Source of the DNA: Takakia lepidozioides
Lineage: Eukaryota; Plantae; Bryophyta
Direction: 5' to 3'
DNA length: 64,000 nucleotides
Assembly: GCA_030704615.1 (NCBI GenBank)
Contig: CM060734.1
Coordinates: 34,348,001 to 34,412,000, forward strand
A program made the position numbers and the translations under genes. How positions within the stretch are numbered: position 1 is the stretch's first letter; each line of letters begins with the position of its first letter. The notes beneath the pieces were generated by a model. It was not told the DNA's origin. It was given only the letters and a program-made list of their open reading frames with translations, and did not search any database. Below, one piece after another: positions 37,101-49,429 of the stretch.

Positions 37101-37760
37101 AAGGCATGTAACCGATTTAATTGCGAACTTGCTGTAGTCCAGCCCGGCCAGCTCCGACCGGTGTCCCTCCAGGTGAAGCCCTCGCAGAATTTCAAGAATA
37201 GATCGAACTGCGGTGCTCGTGCTGGGAATATGACTCCCTCCTCCACTGACGTCCATTGAGGACTTGCCTGATCTCCAGGACAACCTCGGAACTTCCATGA
37301 CCTCGTCTGAGTCGGAGAGGTTGTGAACAACCCGGTTCTCGCTCATCTCCATGGATGGGTTCGGCTCTGGATTTACTTCGTTGCGGACTTCTCTCTTTGA
37401 GGTAGCCACTCTCTGATTCGCGGATTGTTTCGTGGAAGGCGCCAGGATAGAAGGTGCATTTGGCGGGCAAATGAAGTCCCCAACAGCCCTGTATATGACG
37501 CTGTCCGATGGTGGAACTCGCCATTCCCTGCCATCGCCGAAATCATCGTGGAGCACAACAATACTCTCGACAACAAGGCCGTTTGAGTCCTTCCTTTCCT
37601 CTTCCAAAAAAACCGACCCCGGTTTCAGGTGGTATTGAACGCACAGATATTTCTCCATCACCCGGCAGATGTTCCCTCTGCACGGAAATGAAGCTCTATG
37701 CTCGTGAGGAGGGCAATACACTGTAGCGCTCGGGTTTTCCGCCATGGGAGATGTGCACAC
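34154..37760 (-). CDS. MULE transposase: GCM/WRKY-fold-like N-terminal zinc domain, catalytic core, SWIM finger (intron near 35590-35658, frameshift near 35945)
   Basis: WCVTKTT..YVVCAGALRC..CAHC..C..CIHVGSHCH; VMFDHIKR; GFMADNAQ; SCGFHF (CxxH); YTITIGVEPTCNCTDF..PCKHLYYIY. Confidence 0.85.
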
Positions 37761-38049
37761 AAGACTGCCAGGATGGCGTGCGGGGAAGCTCCCTGGTAGA
37801 AGGGGGATGCAGCGATGGGAAGGAATGCGGTGCCGATTTGTCCGAGCGACGAAGCCTGATCCAAATCCAGGGAGCCAACTATCTCAAAAATCCACAGTCA
37901 CAGTGTTAATGAACCTTGTCTCCGGAATGCGGCCCCTGGTCTTTGCGCAATAACTGCCAACGGTATGCAGTCAGAAAGTGGGGGGCCGTCCGGATGATGT
38001 CGGCTGAAGGGGAGAAGCCGGCACCGTGCCGTCACATTACTACCCCCGA

Positions 38050-39480
38050 ATGGAAATTCGGCACCCAATATCCAACAGGGGCCGCACGGATGAAGTCGTC
38101 TGGGGCAGAGATGTCGGCACCTGTCCGATCCCCCGGATGGAAATTCAGCGCCGAATTTCCATTCGGATCCCCCCAAAGGAAGTCCTGTCGGGGGGTCAGG
38201 CCGAAAACTGGCCGACATAAAAACCTCCGCGGATGCAAAAACGGCGCCGAATTTCCATCCGAGGCTTTTCGGATGCAGTCGGCTCGGGGGAAAGGCCGCC
38301 ATCTGGCCCTCACATTACAACCCCCGGACGGAAATTCGGCACCGAATATACAACAGGGGAAGCCCGGATGAAGTCGCCTTGGGCGCAGAGGCCGGCGCGT
38401 GTGCGACAGAGAACATCCCCTGGATGGAGATTCGGCGCCGAATTTCCATCCGGGCCCCCCCAAAGGAAGTCGTGTCGAGGGGTCAAGCCGAAAACTGGCC
38501 GCCATAAAAACATCCCCAGATGGAAAAACGGCGCCGAATTTCCATCCGGGGCTGTTCGGATGCAGTCGGGGAGGGGGGAGAGGCCGGCACCTGGCCGTCG
38601 GACGAAAATTCGGCACCGAATATCCAACAGAGCGGCGGAGAGGCCGGCACCTCTCCGACAGAGACCATCCCCCGGATGGAAATTCGGCGCCGAATTTCCA
38701 TCGGGGCCCCCTCAAAGGAAGTCGTAAAAACCTCCCAGAGTGGAAAAAGGCGCCAAATTTGCGTCCGAGGCTGTTCCGATTTGCATCTAGCAATCAAGGA
38801 TTCCAAGAAAAACGTGTCTACAAGTGCACTTCAGCCACAAAACAAATAGTTGGGTTTGTTTTTCTCCGAAAAATCAATCGGACATGCTCAGAATTACCTG
38901 CAGGAAGGTAATTCAGCGCTTTGAAATACCTGGCAAATGGAAATTCGGCGCCGAATATCCATACGCCAGCGATCCGACTTACCTGCTGGATGGAAATTCG
39001 GCGCCGGATTTCCATCCATCCGGGATTCCACTTACCTGCTGGATGGAAATTCGGCGCCGGATCTCCATCCATCCTCTCCGACCAACCTTGCGGATGGAAA
39101 TCCGGCGCCGGATTTCCATCCATCCGCCTCCGAATTACCTGCTTGAGGGAAATTTCGCGCGCCGCCCTACCTGCGCGGATGGAAATCCGGCGCCGGATTT
39201 CCATCCATCCGCCTCCGAATTACCTGCGTGAGGGAAATTTGGCGCGCCGCCCTACCTGCGCGGATGGAAATCCGGCGCCAGATTTCCATCCATCCGCTTC
39301 TTAATTACCTGCGTGAGGGAAATTTGGCTCGCCGCCCTACCTGCGCGGATGGAAATTCGGCGTTGAATTTCCATCCTGCTGCGCTCTGAATTACCTGTAG
39401 GATGGAAATCCGGCGCCGGATTTCCATCCTGCAGCGCTCCGAATTACCTCTATGTTGGAAATTCCGGGCCAAGTTCCGTC
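38050..39480. repeat. Array of about 18-20 palindromic sites, consensus ggatggaaatYcggcgccgRatttccatcc
   Basis: Perfect palindromes at 38675-38702 (28 bp) and 39092-39121 (30 bp); higher-order periods of ~280 bp (38050-38760) and ~85 bp (39090-39380). Confidence 0.95.
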
Positions 39481-40254
39481 GATTTTCATCCGACATGGAG
39501 GGCTTCATCCGACATTTAATTGCGCAGTTGGGCAATAAATGTCCACCGCCATCCGTTTTCATTCGGGCTGGCGACACATGGCTTCCTAGATACGTACCCT
39601 AAATCTGATGCTAATCTTGGCTTAACATGCCATTCGAGGCATGTACCCCAAAAACGGAGATCTTTTTCCATTTTGGCTTGGACTTATGCCGCCTGAAGGG
39701 CGTGGCTCTCCTGAGAGAGACCTCACATCCAGACCGCAGCAGAAGTTGAAAGCTCTGTACTACGGACGACGGCCAATCTCTCGCATGGCCAAACTGAAGC
39801 TCCAGCAGGAGATTCCAGTGTCTTGCTCACAACCTGCGCCAACTGAAGCCGAGTACTCTCAGGCAAGCCACTTCTGCTTTCGCTTTGTTCGATTTTGCTT
39901 TTGCTTTTGCTTTCGCTTTCGCTTTGTTGCCTCGCTTTGTTTTTGCATCTTCATCCTGGCTTCGCTGGATGAGTGAACCTTAGATAGTTGAGTGAACCTT
40001 AGATTGTTTGCAATGCGTGTGCAAATCCGGCAGCTCTGGAAAAGGCTGCTTGTGCATGTCATTCTCAGGCAATGGTTGCATTTGTTTTCATTGTTGTTGC
40101 ATGGCTCTCCATACTTCCTAAACTTGTTATGTTTTCATTTTTGTTACACGATTGTTGCTATGGTGGTTGCGCTGCTCGTTGCGATGCTGGTTTTGGCACC
40201 GATGTTGGTTCTCACGATTTTTGGGAATGACAAAGTGACGACGAGCCCGGCACG

Positions 40255-43200
40255 TTGGTGGTATCATCGACAGCTCCAACTCATCGCATGTTTGAATCGC
40301 CCAACTTGGGGCGAGAGGGCAAACTTAAACCTTTTGTTGGTGGACGGGAGGACTTGCAACGAGAGTTCGACAGAATAGGCATTGGGGAGGTTGGTGCAGG
40401 CGGCATGGCAGGTGAAGGGCGTGAGGACATGAGGACAGCAGATCCGACAATGGAGGTTGTTGATGCACATGCAGTAGGGCCCGCCCACGCAAAGAAAAAG
40501 AAGAAAGCTAAGCACATGCAATCCCCGGCGAGAGAGCCATCACGGGCTACGGAGGGGGGAGTGAGCAGTGCGCACGAGGGTGTCAGTTCGCCTCAATCAA
40601 AGGTGGTCGTCCTGGAGGGCTCCCCTGCTGCTAGCCCTAGTAAGAAACAGAAAGCCCGTGAGAGGGGAAAAGAGAGGGCAAAAGAACAGACGAGACACAA
40701 GGCTAGCCAGGAGGAAAGAGAAAAGGCCACTGAAGAGGCCAGGGGTGCCCAAATGACAGATGCCAATGTAAGCGAGGGACGCACAGAGACGGTGGATCCC
40801 TCCAAGACACCACAAAGAGGCAATAACACACCGGTTAGACCATCGCGGGCAAGAGCAGCCCCTGCAATTATCCATATGGTGGAGAGTGGAGCAGAGGAAA
40901 GAACACCAGAAAGAGCACGGATTGTGCAAGTTCGAGGTGAAGCCAGGGAGAGGGCTGTAGAGACGGGGAGAGTGCTGGAGGTGGTTTCGCAGGTGGCTGA
41001 CCCTGTTGAGGAGGATGACAGGGAGCTTTCTGACCAGGATGACATCCTCCCGGACATCCCCAGGCCCCAAACCCGGAGCATACAGTCTGGATTTGGCGGT
41101 CTTGGTGGGCTGCCGGAGAACCCCTCTGCAGCAGACGTCATGTCGGAGGCGGATATGAAGTTGGCCGCTGCCAAGATGTTGGAGGCAACCCACAGCAACA
41201 TTGGCAGGGTGCTGGGGGGCATGGTGTACCCGGCCAAGCTTCGAATTCCCCTTTGCCGCTTGGTGTCATTGCAGGTGGTGAGACCTGCCCTCCCAGGCGA
41301 TATCGACAAGCTGAAAATCTCTTTCCGGGATGGATATCGAATGGGGTCTGCCGCGTTTTACGTTTCCATTGAGAACGACCACGGAGCTTCCCGTGCCCAC
41401 ACTTCCGATGAGGTGGACAAATGGGGTCCCCATTGGCAAACGCGAAATGAGGAGTTCGAGAGATCGATTGCTAGTGATCCTCATCAGCACTTGTCCGGTA
41501 AGATGTTCTACGTGTGGGACGGCAATCATCGCCTCCTGGCATGGATGGAGCACATTGCCCAAGCCCACCCCAACGACCTCGATTGGCATTTCGCCGTGGA
41601 CTGTGTTGTGCTGAAGGTTGCGGGGCCCAAAGATCGCAATCTTCTCAAAGCTGCAATGGCGGACATCAACTCGTAAGTTACAACGCCTCTCGCTTTTGGA
41701 CTTTGAATTTGGAAGTCATTTCATTGCGAATCCTCATATATGATGAAAATTCCCATTTCAGTATTGTTTGATGGAAATGTGGCAATGCAGGGTGACTGAG
41801 AATGCCTTCATTGCCACCAACTTGTCCCATATGCTCTTCCGAGTGAAGGATGTCGGGAAGCAGGGGGTGCAAGAGTTTGCCAATTCCCTCAGTGTCGACC
41901 TCCTGCGCAAGTCGGAGGCAAAGGCAGACAGAACCTGGTATAGGCTGAGCGTCGACGCCATGGTGGACTACATATTTCGGGTAAAGCTCCAGACAGTTTT
42001 GTTGAGCTAATCTGTCTCTCCTCCCCCGATAGAAGAAAAGGTCTTCACCGTGATTTCTAATCTCCTCCCCCAATAGAAGAAATTGTGTTGAGCAGGATCT
42101 CTAATCTTATGTGCGCATTCTTGACAGACGAAAATACAGCAGGATTTGGCACATGCGCGGAGGTTCTACATGGAGTCAGAGGAGAAGAATCCAACCGTCC
42201 TGGCACTCGAATCGTATGTCAAAGCTGCGGAGGTGAGGGCCCGCATAAAGTACAAGTCGTGGATGGTAAAGTACGTGGCCATAGCTGATCCCGCCCTTGG
42301 TGCCGACTTTCTGGTGGAGGTGGGGAAACACTACTCTCGCGCTCTGAAGCCCACGATAACATTGGAGAAGCTCCATCGTCTAGCCACATCCTGTGTGGAT
42401 GCAACAGAAAAGGTGATACATTCTTAACCAAATTGTGGTGGCAACAACTCCTTTTTGTGGTGTTTGACGCTTACGAATATGTTGGGTGATTGGACAGACC
42501 CGGTGGCTCCAAATCTGGAATGGTTCCCAAAGTACCAGGGACATGTGGAGCTTCCCCAAACCGGACAAACTAACCGCCCGCTTTGTTCCTCAGGTGCTTC
42601 AATGTGGGCAGGGACGTTGTCCGACAGGCATGTGTTCGCCTTCGAGCCAGATACTGCCCTCCACAACTCGGAACTTGCAGCGGCTGAACGTCTGCCGAAA
42701 GAGGAAGAGGCATCCTTGGAGGATGAGGAAAAATCCGAGAAGGAACAGGGGGAGGAAGTTGGGATCGAGGCCGAGGAGCCCCCGGTTTACGAGTGAGTGG
42801 TGGCATTGTAAGTTGCCTCCAGATTTCGTGAGGCACCTCCCTCCGCTCTCTTATTTCATTGAAAACCCTTTCTGGTTGTGCTGGTATTGACATTCTTGAA
42901 GTGGATTTGTTCTTACTGTAGGATGCCAAGTACTGCCGGAGGGACGTCTACACCGGAGTTCATGGGCAGGAGGAACGTGCCTTTTTTTGCCAGGGGGGAT
43001 TTCATGCCTAGTCCAGAAAGGGAGTACATCCTTCCTACTTATGCTGCCCGGCTTGCTTCAGTGTCCATTAGGAGGTGTTCCGAACCTAGTCGTGTACAGC
43101 AGATTTTAGACGAGGCAAGCCTCAAGAAAATGAAGATGAGGGAGGAGGCAGCAGCTATTAGAGCCCGTCGGGCTCGTAGATTTGTCTTGGATTCTGCTGA

Positions 43201-43381
43201 GGAAAGTGGGGGAGAAGACGCAGAAGATTCCCAGGAGGTGAGGTGGACAGTCCCCCAAGGAGAGGACGGGATTTTTGAGAGGCATAGTGGAACTGATGCA
43301 TCACAGAGCTCGGAGGATGAGGGGGATGAGGGGGATGAGGAAGAAGGTGGGGCAAGTTCCTCGGAGGGTGTAGGAGAGTAG
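40255..43381 (+). CDS. Multi-exon MULE accessory gene with a ParB/Sulfiredoxin-like domain, disordered N-terminus and acidic C-terminus
   Basis: RIPLCRL..VRPALPGDIDKLKISFRDGY and FYVWDGNHRLLAW (DGNHR at 41518-41532). GT-AG introns 41673-41790, 41981-42127 and 42413-42497 splice in frame. Later exons less certain. Confidence 0.75.
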
Positions 43382-43609
43382 TGCCCATTCCGGCTATGAC
43401 AGTTAGAACACACTTGTATAGACGTGGCTTGCCACAAAATTTGCAATAAAATGTTGCATTTCAAGTCCACTGGTGCCACATTCCAACTTCACATGACCCT
43501 ATTTCCGTGCCTCCTAACCCTATTTCCGTGGACCCACAATGGTCTGCTCATGCTCTTTTTTTTCCGCTCATGCTCATGCCGCTCATGAAATAGCAGCCCC
43601 CATTCGAAG

Positions 43610-45560
43610 TGTTGCTGCAGCAGTTCAAAGCCAACAATAATCGCCCCGGGGATGCCCGTTTGTTTGAGGCTGGTGGAAGCATTCGCAGGGTTGGCCTACA
43701 CATTCTCATTTGGAGTGTGCGCTGCAGGTAATCCTGTTGAGGTGGGGTCCCTGGTGTCAAAACCAGGCTGCTGCGGTGGTAGGAGGGTCAGCGTGGCCGC
43801 GGCGGATAGTTTTGCTGCAGAGCTCGTGATTCCTAGACGAGGGGATCGGCGTGATGGAATTCCAGCAGGGCAAGTGGGCTGTATCCACCCGTCGTTGCTT
43901 CCGGTATCATGCTTGCATCTCCCAGCACTAAGGGATGAGTGGCCGAGCTGTTGGGAGGGGGAAGCTTAGCAAGAACCACATTGGCGTGATTGTAGAAGTT
44001 GGCGAGGTTAGCACCAAGGTTCTCGGTAATGGAGTCCTTTAGAGAGACTAGGTAGGCGTGCTGCTCCTCCTTCTGAGCCACCATGGTGGTGGCGACCCTA
44101 TTGTCCAGAGCTGCTAAGTCCTCCCATATGTCGGTTTTGATTGAAATGGCATGTTGAGCTAATTTTTTGTCGATTCAAGCATAAGTAGGTCCTGGCCGTG
44201 TTCCGAGCTTGGATTTGCGTTGATGCTGATAGAATTCACGGTGTCGGCGAGCGCCTCATTGATATTAGCTACGCGCAAGCGATCCAAAATCTCATTGGCA
44301 GGTGGAGCACGTCCGTTCAGACTGTGGATGTGCGGGTCGAACTTGACCAATCGATCAATGACAAGGGATGGAGGCTTATTGTACCATTGGAGACTCGCTT
44401 GTCATGTACAGGGAGAGGTAGTCGGTAGTGGCGAGGAGGTCGTATGCTTTCTTTACTTTTTCTTGCACCGGGGTCCCGGAGGCCATCTCCATGACGAACG
44501 CCATGTCGCCTTTCAAGAGCGCGATGCCATCAGTCGCAGGGTGTAGCAGTTCGGTTTTGAGGATCCCATACCACATCTTGTTTCCATGTTTTGTGAATGT
44601 CGTGATTGGATTGTACAAGACAGTTCCCAGGGGGATTTGCATTTCTTCGAGTCTCTTCTTGGCGCGATAAAGGGCTTCCTCTTTTGGCATGTCAGTATCG
44701 CTATCGAACCTTATCAAGATGTGACATGGAGTAGCAGATAGGCCTGAGTTCGGGTCAATTGGAGTGCCCTTTGGTAGTTGAGTAAGCGGAAGAAATTGTC
44801 CCTCGTGTCCATCAGGACACACAGCAGAGAAGAATAGCTGTGGGACGTGAGGGAAGGCCTTGAGGCAGTGGCGCATTTCGTGAATTTCTGAGACCCGAAG
44901 GTCCAACTTCTGAAGCTCTGCCGTTGTTCTTGTTTCCGTGAAGAAGGGCAATTGCGCATTGTGGGCATGTTTCTCGAGGGCAGGATAGCCCATCCATAGT
45001 TGGCGCGTAGAAAATGAGTTGGAGGTGCATATGTGACAGATCTGGAGCAACTCCTTGTGACTTCTTGGGGTCAGAGTGGGAGCTGCCCGTATCACTGTTG
45101 ATTGTGCTAGAAGCGCGTTTGTTATTTGGGCAGCTGCCAGCCAGGGGAGCAGCAGGTGGTGTGGTCGTGGTATTGCGGAGGGTCATCCGGTGAACGTGCA
45201 GATTGGACGCCGATGGAGATTGTGCGGCAGGAGTGTTTGGGTCGTGGCCCACCCTGTCCATTGCCATATTCTATGTTGAGCGGTTTGGTATGCCTGTTCT
45301 GTTGCAAAGAACTGCTTGTCAGACAGATGCATATCGCTGACGTCGGCATCTTCCTCTTCGGGAGCATGCATAGAAGTAGCGTTGGCTGCATGGGAGGAAT
45401 CATTACGAATTTTAATCCAAGGTGGGCCATGGACTTGAGCAGCCAGCTTGCGAGATGCAAAGCAGTTCACCGGTGTATGTTTGAAACACTTGTAGGTGAA
45501 ATCCAGGGAATCTGTGAGAACTACATGGACGTGTTGGGAACTTGTAGATGACTTGGGAGC
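43610..45560 (-). pseudogene. Degraded unknown coding sequence, antisense within the variable leader of element 3 (possibly LINE ORF1-like)
   Basis: Chain of minus-strand ORFs (44376-45095, 44159-44350, 43833-44084) with protein-like composition; no motif recognised. Confidence 0.35.
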
Positions 45561-47024
45561 AGTTTTTAATGGCGAGAACGTTTTGGTGTTAAAAAAAAAA
45601 GAAAAAAAAGAAAAAAAAAAAACCCCATTTTGATCTAATTTAAATGATTTAGAGCCTAATTGGTCATATCTTTGTCAAATGGACTCCGTTTGACTCAGTT
45701 TTTGGGGGAATAGCTGCAGAAAGGGGAAATCTACTGGTTTTAGTTTTTTGGACTCTGCTAAAAATCTATGGAATTTTTTGAGTGTGAGTGTGCTAGGATA
45801 GATCCACAAGGGGACAAGATTCATGTTTCTCAAGGAACTTAGACTGATTTGAGTGGAGAGCAGTTGGACGAGTTGATTGCATACTAGGAGTCAGGCATTA
45901 GCAATAGACAACACACTGCTGTAGTTGGCGTTGAGGGCCTCAATATTGCTTTGGACAGTCAGAACTCTGTTGGAGCAAGCAGTTCTGCAGCTGTAGGTGA
46001 ATACCAAAGTGGGTGGAAGCTAGGCTTGGAACACAGCCAAAGACAGCCCCGGGGACCAAGGTGTTCGGCCACAAGGCCGTGGAGTACTGGAGCAGAGGAG
46101 CGGGATCTACACAAGTTTTTGCAATCAGACATGGTTGCAGCCGGACACGCTCTGCACAAGGCAACCACGAGCGGGGGTTCATTAGCAATGACAAATTTGT
46201 TCTGCTTGAAGGAGGTGCAGTCATTCGCAATGAGGATACTCGCAACCGTCTCAAAGCTTTCGAGTTGAGAGACTGTCAGACCCTATCTTTATTTTCTTTA
46301 GTATTCAGTGAGCGGGAGATAGGGAAGTATTGCTTTGTCTCTACCTAGCAAAAAGAGGAGGAGGGTTGGTTAGAGCGAGCTATTGTAGCTTGGGACAAGG
46401 TTAGTGGCAGGTTTCTGGACATAGATATACCTCCTACACCTTACCATCATGCAGAGCGAGGCACTTTGAGAGAAGTCTGGCAGTTGATAGCATAGATCAG
46501 GACTAGATCTTGCTTGGTCGGGCCTCTATTCTTCCCCTCCCTCTTTTTACTATTTCCATTACTTTGTACTTGTAGTTGCCAAAGCCTCTCTTGGTGGAGG
46601 CCAGTCAGTCCGGGGTTTTGGGCTGGGATATTCTGCAGGATCAGCACTGCAGATGGATTTTGGTGTAGGGGTGTTGATGTTTTGATTTCTTGTGTTTGGA
46701 TCCCCTACATCACCTGCATGCTTGACTGTGCGCCATGTTGGTTTTGTGTGGGCGCTTGTTTTCATAGGGATTAGGCCGGATTTGATCACCAGTCAATCCT
46801 AGAGTATGCTGTCGATGCTGAGGCTGGAGTGATGACCAGCAAGACCACCAGTGTTTCTTCTATGGTGAGACTGGATTGATGACCAGCCAACCATAGGAGT
46901 TCTTGCGGTGGATGCAGGTGCAGGTGCCCTGAGCCACTGGGATATGACCCTTAAACTGCAACAGGTGCCTACCCGTGTCACTATTAGAATTAGTACTAGA
47001 GCCTTATAGTGTCACGTAGGGGAG

Positions 47025-48240
47025 GTGCACGTTGTGAGTGTCATCACGGAGTTACCCAAGGGTTTTGAGGGGAGTACGGCTACAGGCAGTAGCAGTGAGA
47101 GTGGGTTCACAAGACGAGGTATTTGGTTCAAACCACCTTCACCTCCACCCTCGACTACTGTAGAGTCCGACACAGACCCGGAGGCTTCATCAACAGGGGT
47201 GCAGTTTTCTTCGCCATTCTTGTGGGACGACATGGAGGATATGTATGGAGCTACCAAGGGGCCTCGTAGGTACTCTGGAGCTATGGGCACAATCGAGCTG
47301 GATGACTTTATCCAGGAGGTTCGACAGCTGGAATGATTTGCAACAGATGCGCAATCCACAGCTGTTCACTCCATTCATGGCGTGGAAGGGACTGTTCCAG
47401 CATTTGGAAGGCCTGCCTATGGACGATTACCACGAATTCAGGCGAGGACATGAAGCAGAGATTGAGGAGTGGAGGATGTATTGGTCACCTGACTACGTCT
47501 CCATTACTCGAGGCACGACGCGACCAGTAGCTGCATCAGCACCAATATCTCCCACTGCCAGCACTAGTAGTGGAACAAGTAGTGCCGGTACTTCTGCAGG
47601 TGGTACCAGTTCAAAAGGTGCTACTACTTCTCTTGCCACGACTACAACACATGTGCCTAGATTCAACCCGGTGGTGGAGTTCTTCCAGGAGTTGCGGACG
47701 AACTACCAAGGCATACGGACAGAGAAGCTGCGAAGTTTGCAAGACTTCCAGCGCAAATCCAGTGAGAGCTTGCGAGAGGCCTACACTCGTATGAGGCGCT
47801 TGATAAGTGTGACCCAAGGGATTACTGAAGCTCAGGCAATCCAGTTCTGGTATGGAATTTTGGACAAGGAGCTCAGGAGGAGGGTGCGGGATGCAACCCT
47901 ATTACAAGCAGCCCAACCCACATTAACAGATGTGTTTCTGCTGGCTGAGCGGATTGAGCTCAACATGGTGGAGGAGCGAGTTCTTACCATTGGATTTGGC
48001 AAGGACATGCGTGCACCAGGCGCAGCTGCCAGCCAACAGGTACAAGGGACTGCCCAACAGCGTGGTCAGGGGGGCAAGGTTGCCCAACCCAAATTCCATA
48101 GAGCTTACAGGGGACCTCAGGTGCAGAGGCCAGTAGCTTCTTTTGCAACCCAACAGCAACTAGGGGTGATATGTTGGACATGTGGAGGACCCCATGTCAA
48201 GAAAGATTGCCCAGAGAGTGGCAAAAGGCCGGCACAAGCA
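47025..48240 (+). pseudogene. Gag of element 3, frameshifted near 47320 and truncated
   Basis: FDSWNDLQQMRNP, FQRKSSESLREAYTRMRRL, CWTCGGPHVKKDC. Confidence 0.9.
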
Positions 48241-49172
48241 AAGGGTGCTCGCTCACAAAGGTTTGCTAATCCCAAACAGTAGACCGTAAGGACACGGCTT
48301 TTTGAGAGGGGGAGGGGTAATGTTAGAGGGCTGCTTGAGACTTGGACGCTTTTATGGGTTCTGTGGGGTACCCTTAATTTTTGCGTAGACTGAGACCAAC
48401 ATGAGTCTTAGGGGTGGCAGAAGCAGGCTTTAGGGGGGTTACACAACCCGACACAGCTTCACACAGCCCGACACAGCTTCGCACAGCCAGTCACAGCCCG
48501 ACGCAGCTTTACATAGCCAGTCACAACTTGGCACAGCTTGACACAGCCTACCACAGTACATGAGGAACAGTTATCATTGACAGGGAATGACTGTGAGGGA
48601 ATGACATCTGCAGAGGGAACGTGTTACTTCAGGGGTGACGGTTAGTTAGTTAGGTGGTTGCGGGTAGATTAGGAGAGCGGCAACGGGAAGGGGAGGACTG
48701 GGAGAAGAGGGCGACTTGTTCAGGAGAGGAGGAGACGTAACGGAGAGCGGGAAATAGTGAAGAGGAGATGATGACTTGAATAAGGATTAGTTCATGCAAG
48801 CTGTAGAATTATACAGTAGGATAGAATAGAGACACCATGGCGTAGGCATGATACATGATTAATCTTAATCCGATACTGAATCGATACAAACATACTGTGT
48901 AGAGAGACACGAGAGAAGCTGTGGAATGAATGCATGATTAACTAGAACTTAGTAGATACTGAAGCAATCTGATGCTTCAGTATACACGGTAAGGTAAATT
49001 GATAACATGAAGGCAGGAAGGAATACAAATAGGAAGCACAACCATGATTCACTAGCTGCAAGTCATGACTGATTGTTTTGAGCGGGCTGAGTGCTTAGAG
49101 ATATCCAACTCTTCTATCTTGGAGTTTCCACCTCGGATAGCGAAGGGATGGGTGAGTAAAAGCCGCTCGACA
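48241..49172 (+). mobile_element. Second 3' end of family X (last ~80 bp of internal region, PPT, LTR 48321-49172) fused to the truncated gag
   Basis: Colinear with 6336-7361; abrupt junction at 48240/48241. Confidence 0.9.
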
Positions 49173-49429
49173 CAATCCGACATTACCTGACTATAGACAC
49201 AAGCAGCACACATGAGGTTGAATTTTGGGTTGATGGTCGGTTAAATCCTCCATGCGTCATGACACAAGGTCAAGGACAATGTGGTGAGCGCACCTTCTTC
49301 TTCAACCTTTTGGCAGTTTGTTTTGCCCTCTCATCATTAGGGTTGGGGTATTTGCTGGAAGAACTTCACGCCGTCAGCGTGAGCTGAAGGACTGTCAGGC
49401 AGGGATAGCTGAAAGACTAGGGATAGAGG

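Larger units (their letters stand above)
33328..43600. mobile_element. Mutator-like (MULE) DNA transposon with two divergent genes
   Basis: Imperfect TIRs gctatttcatgagc... / ...gctcatgaaatagc; 9-bp TSD catttgaag (33319-33327) / cattcgaag (43601-43609); MULE and SWIM transposase inside. Confidence 0.88.
32819..48240 (+). mobile_element. Element 3: 3'-truncated copy of the element 1 family (B repeat, leader interrupted by the MULE, gag)
   Basis: 32819-~32995 matches B; 45640-48240 closely matches the reverse complement of ~23440-26030; truncated after the first zinc knuckle. Confidence 0.85.

Noticed and set aside
38050-39480. CRISPR array
   Set aside because: Repeats are palindromic, but the spacers are themselves repeated and irregular in length, the context is eukaryotic, and no cas genes are present
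37898-39602. Many overlapping ORFs with WKFGAEF / MEIRRRIS / GNSAPNF peptides (also 33536-34176)
   Set aside because: Translation artefacts of the palindromic repeats, appearing on both strands
6416-49172. Two family X LTRs as the ends of one giant element
   Set aside because: Both are preceded by the same internal sequence and PPT, so both are 3' LTRs of separate insertions
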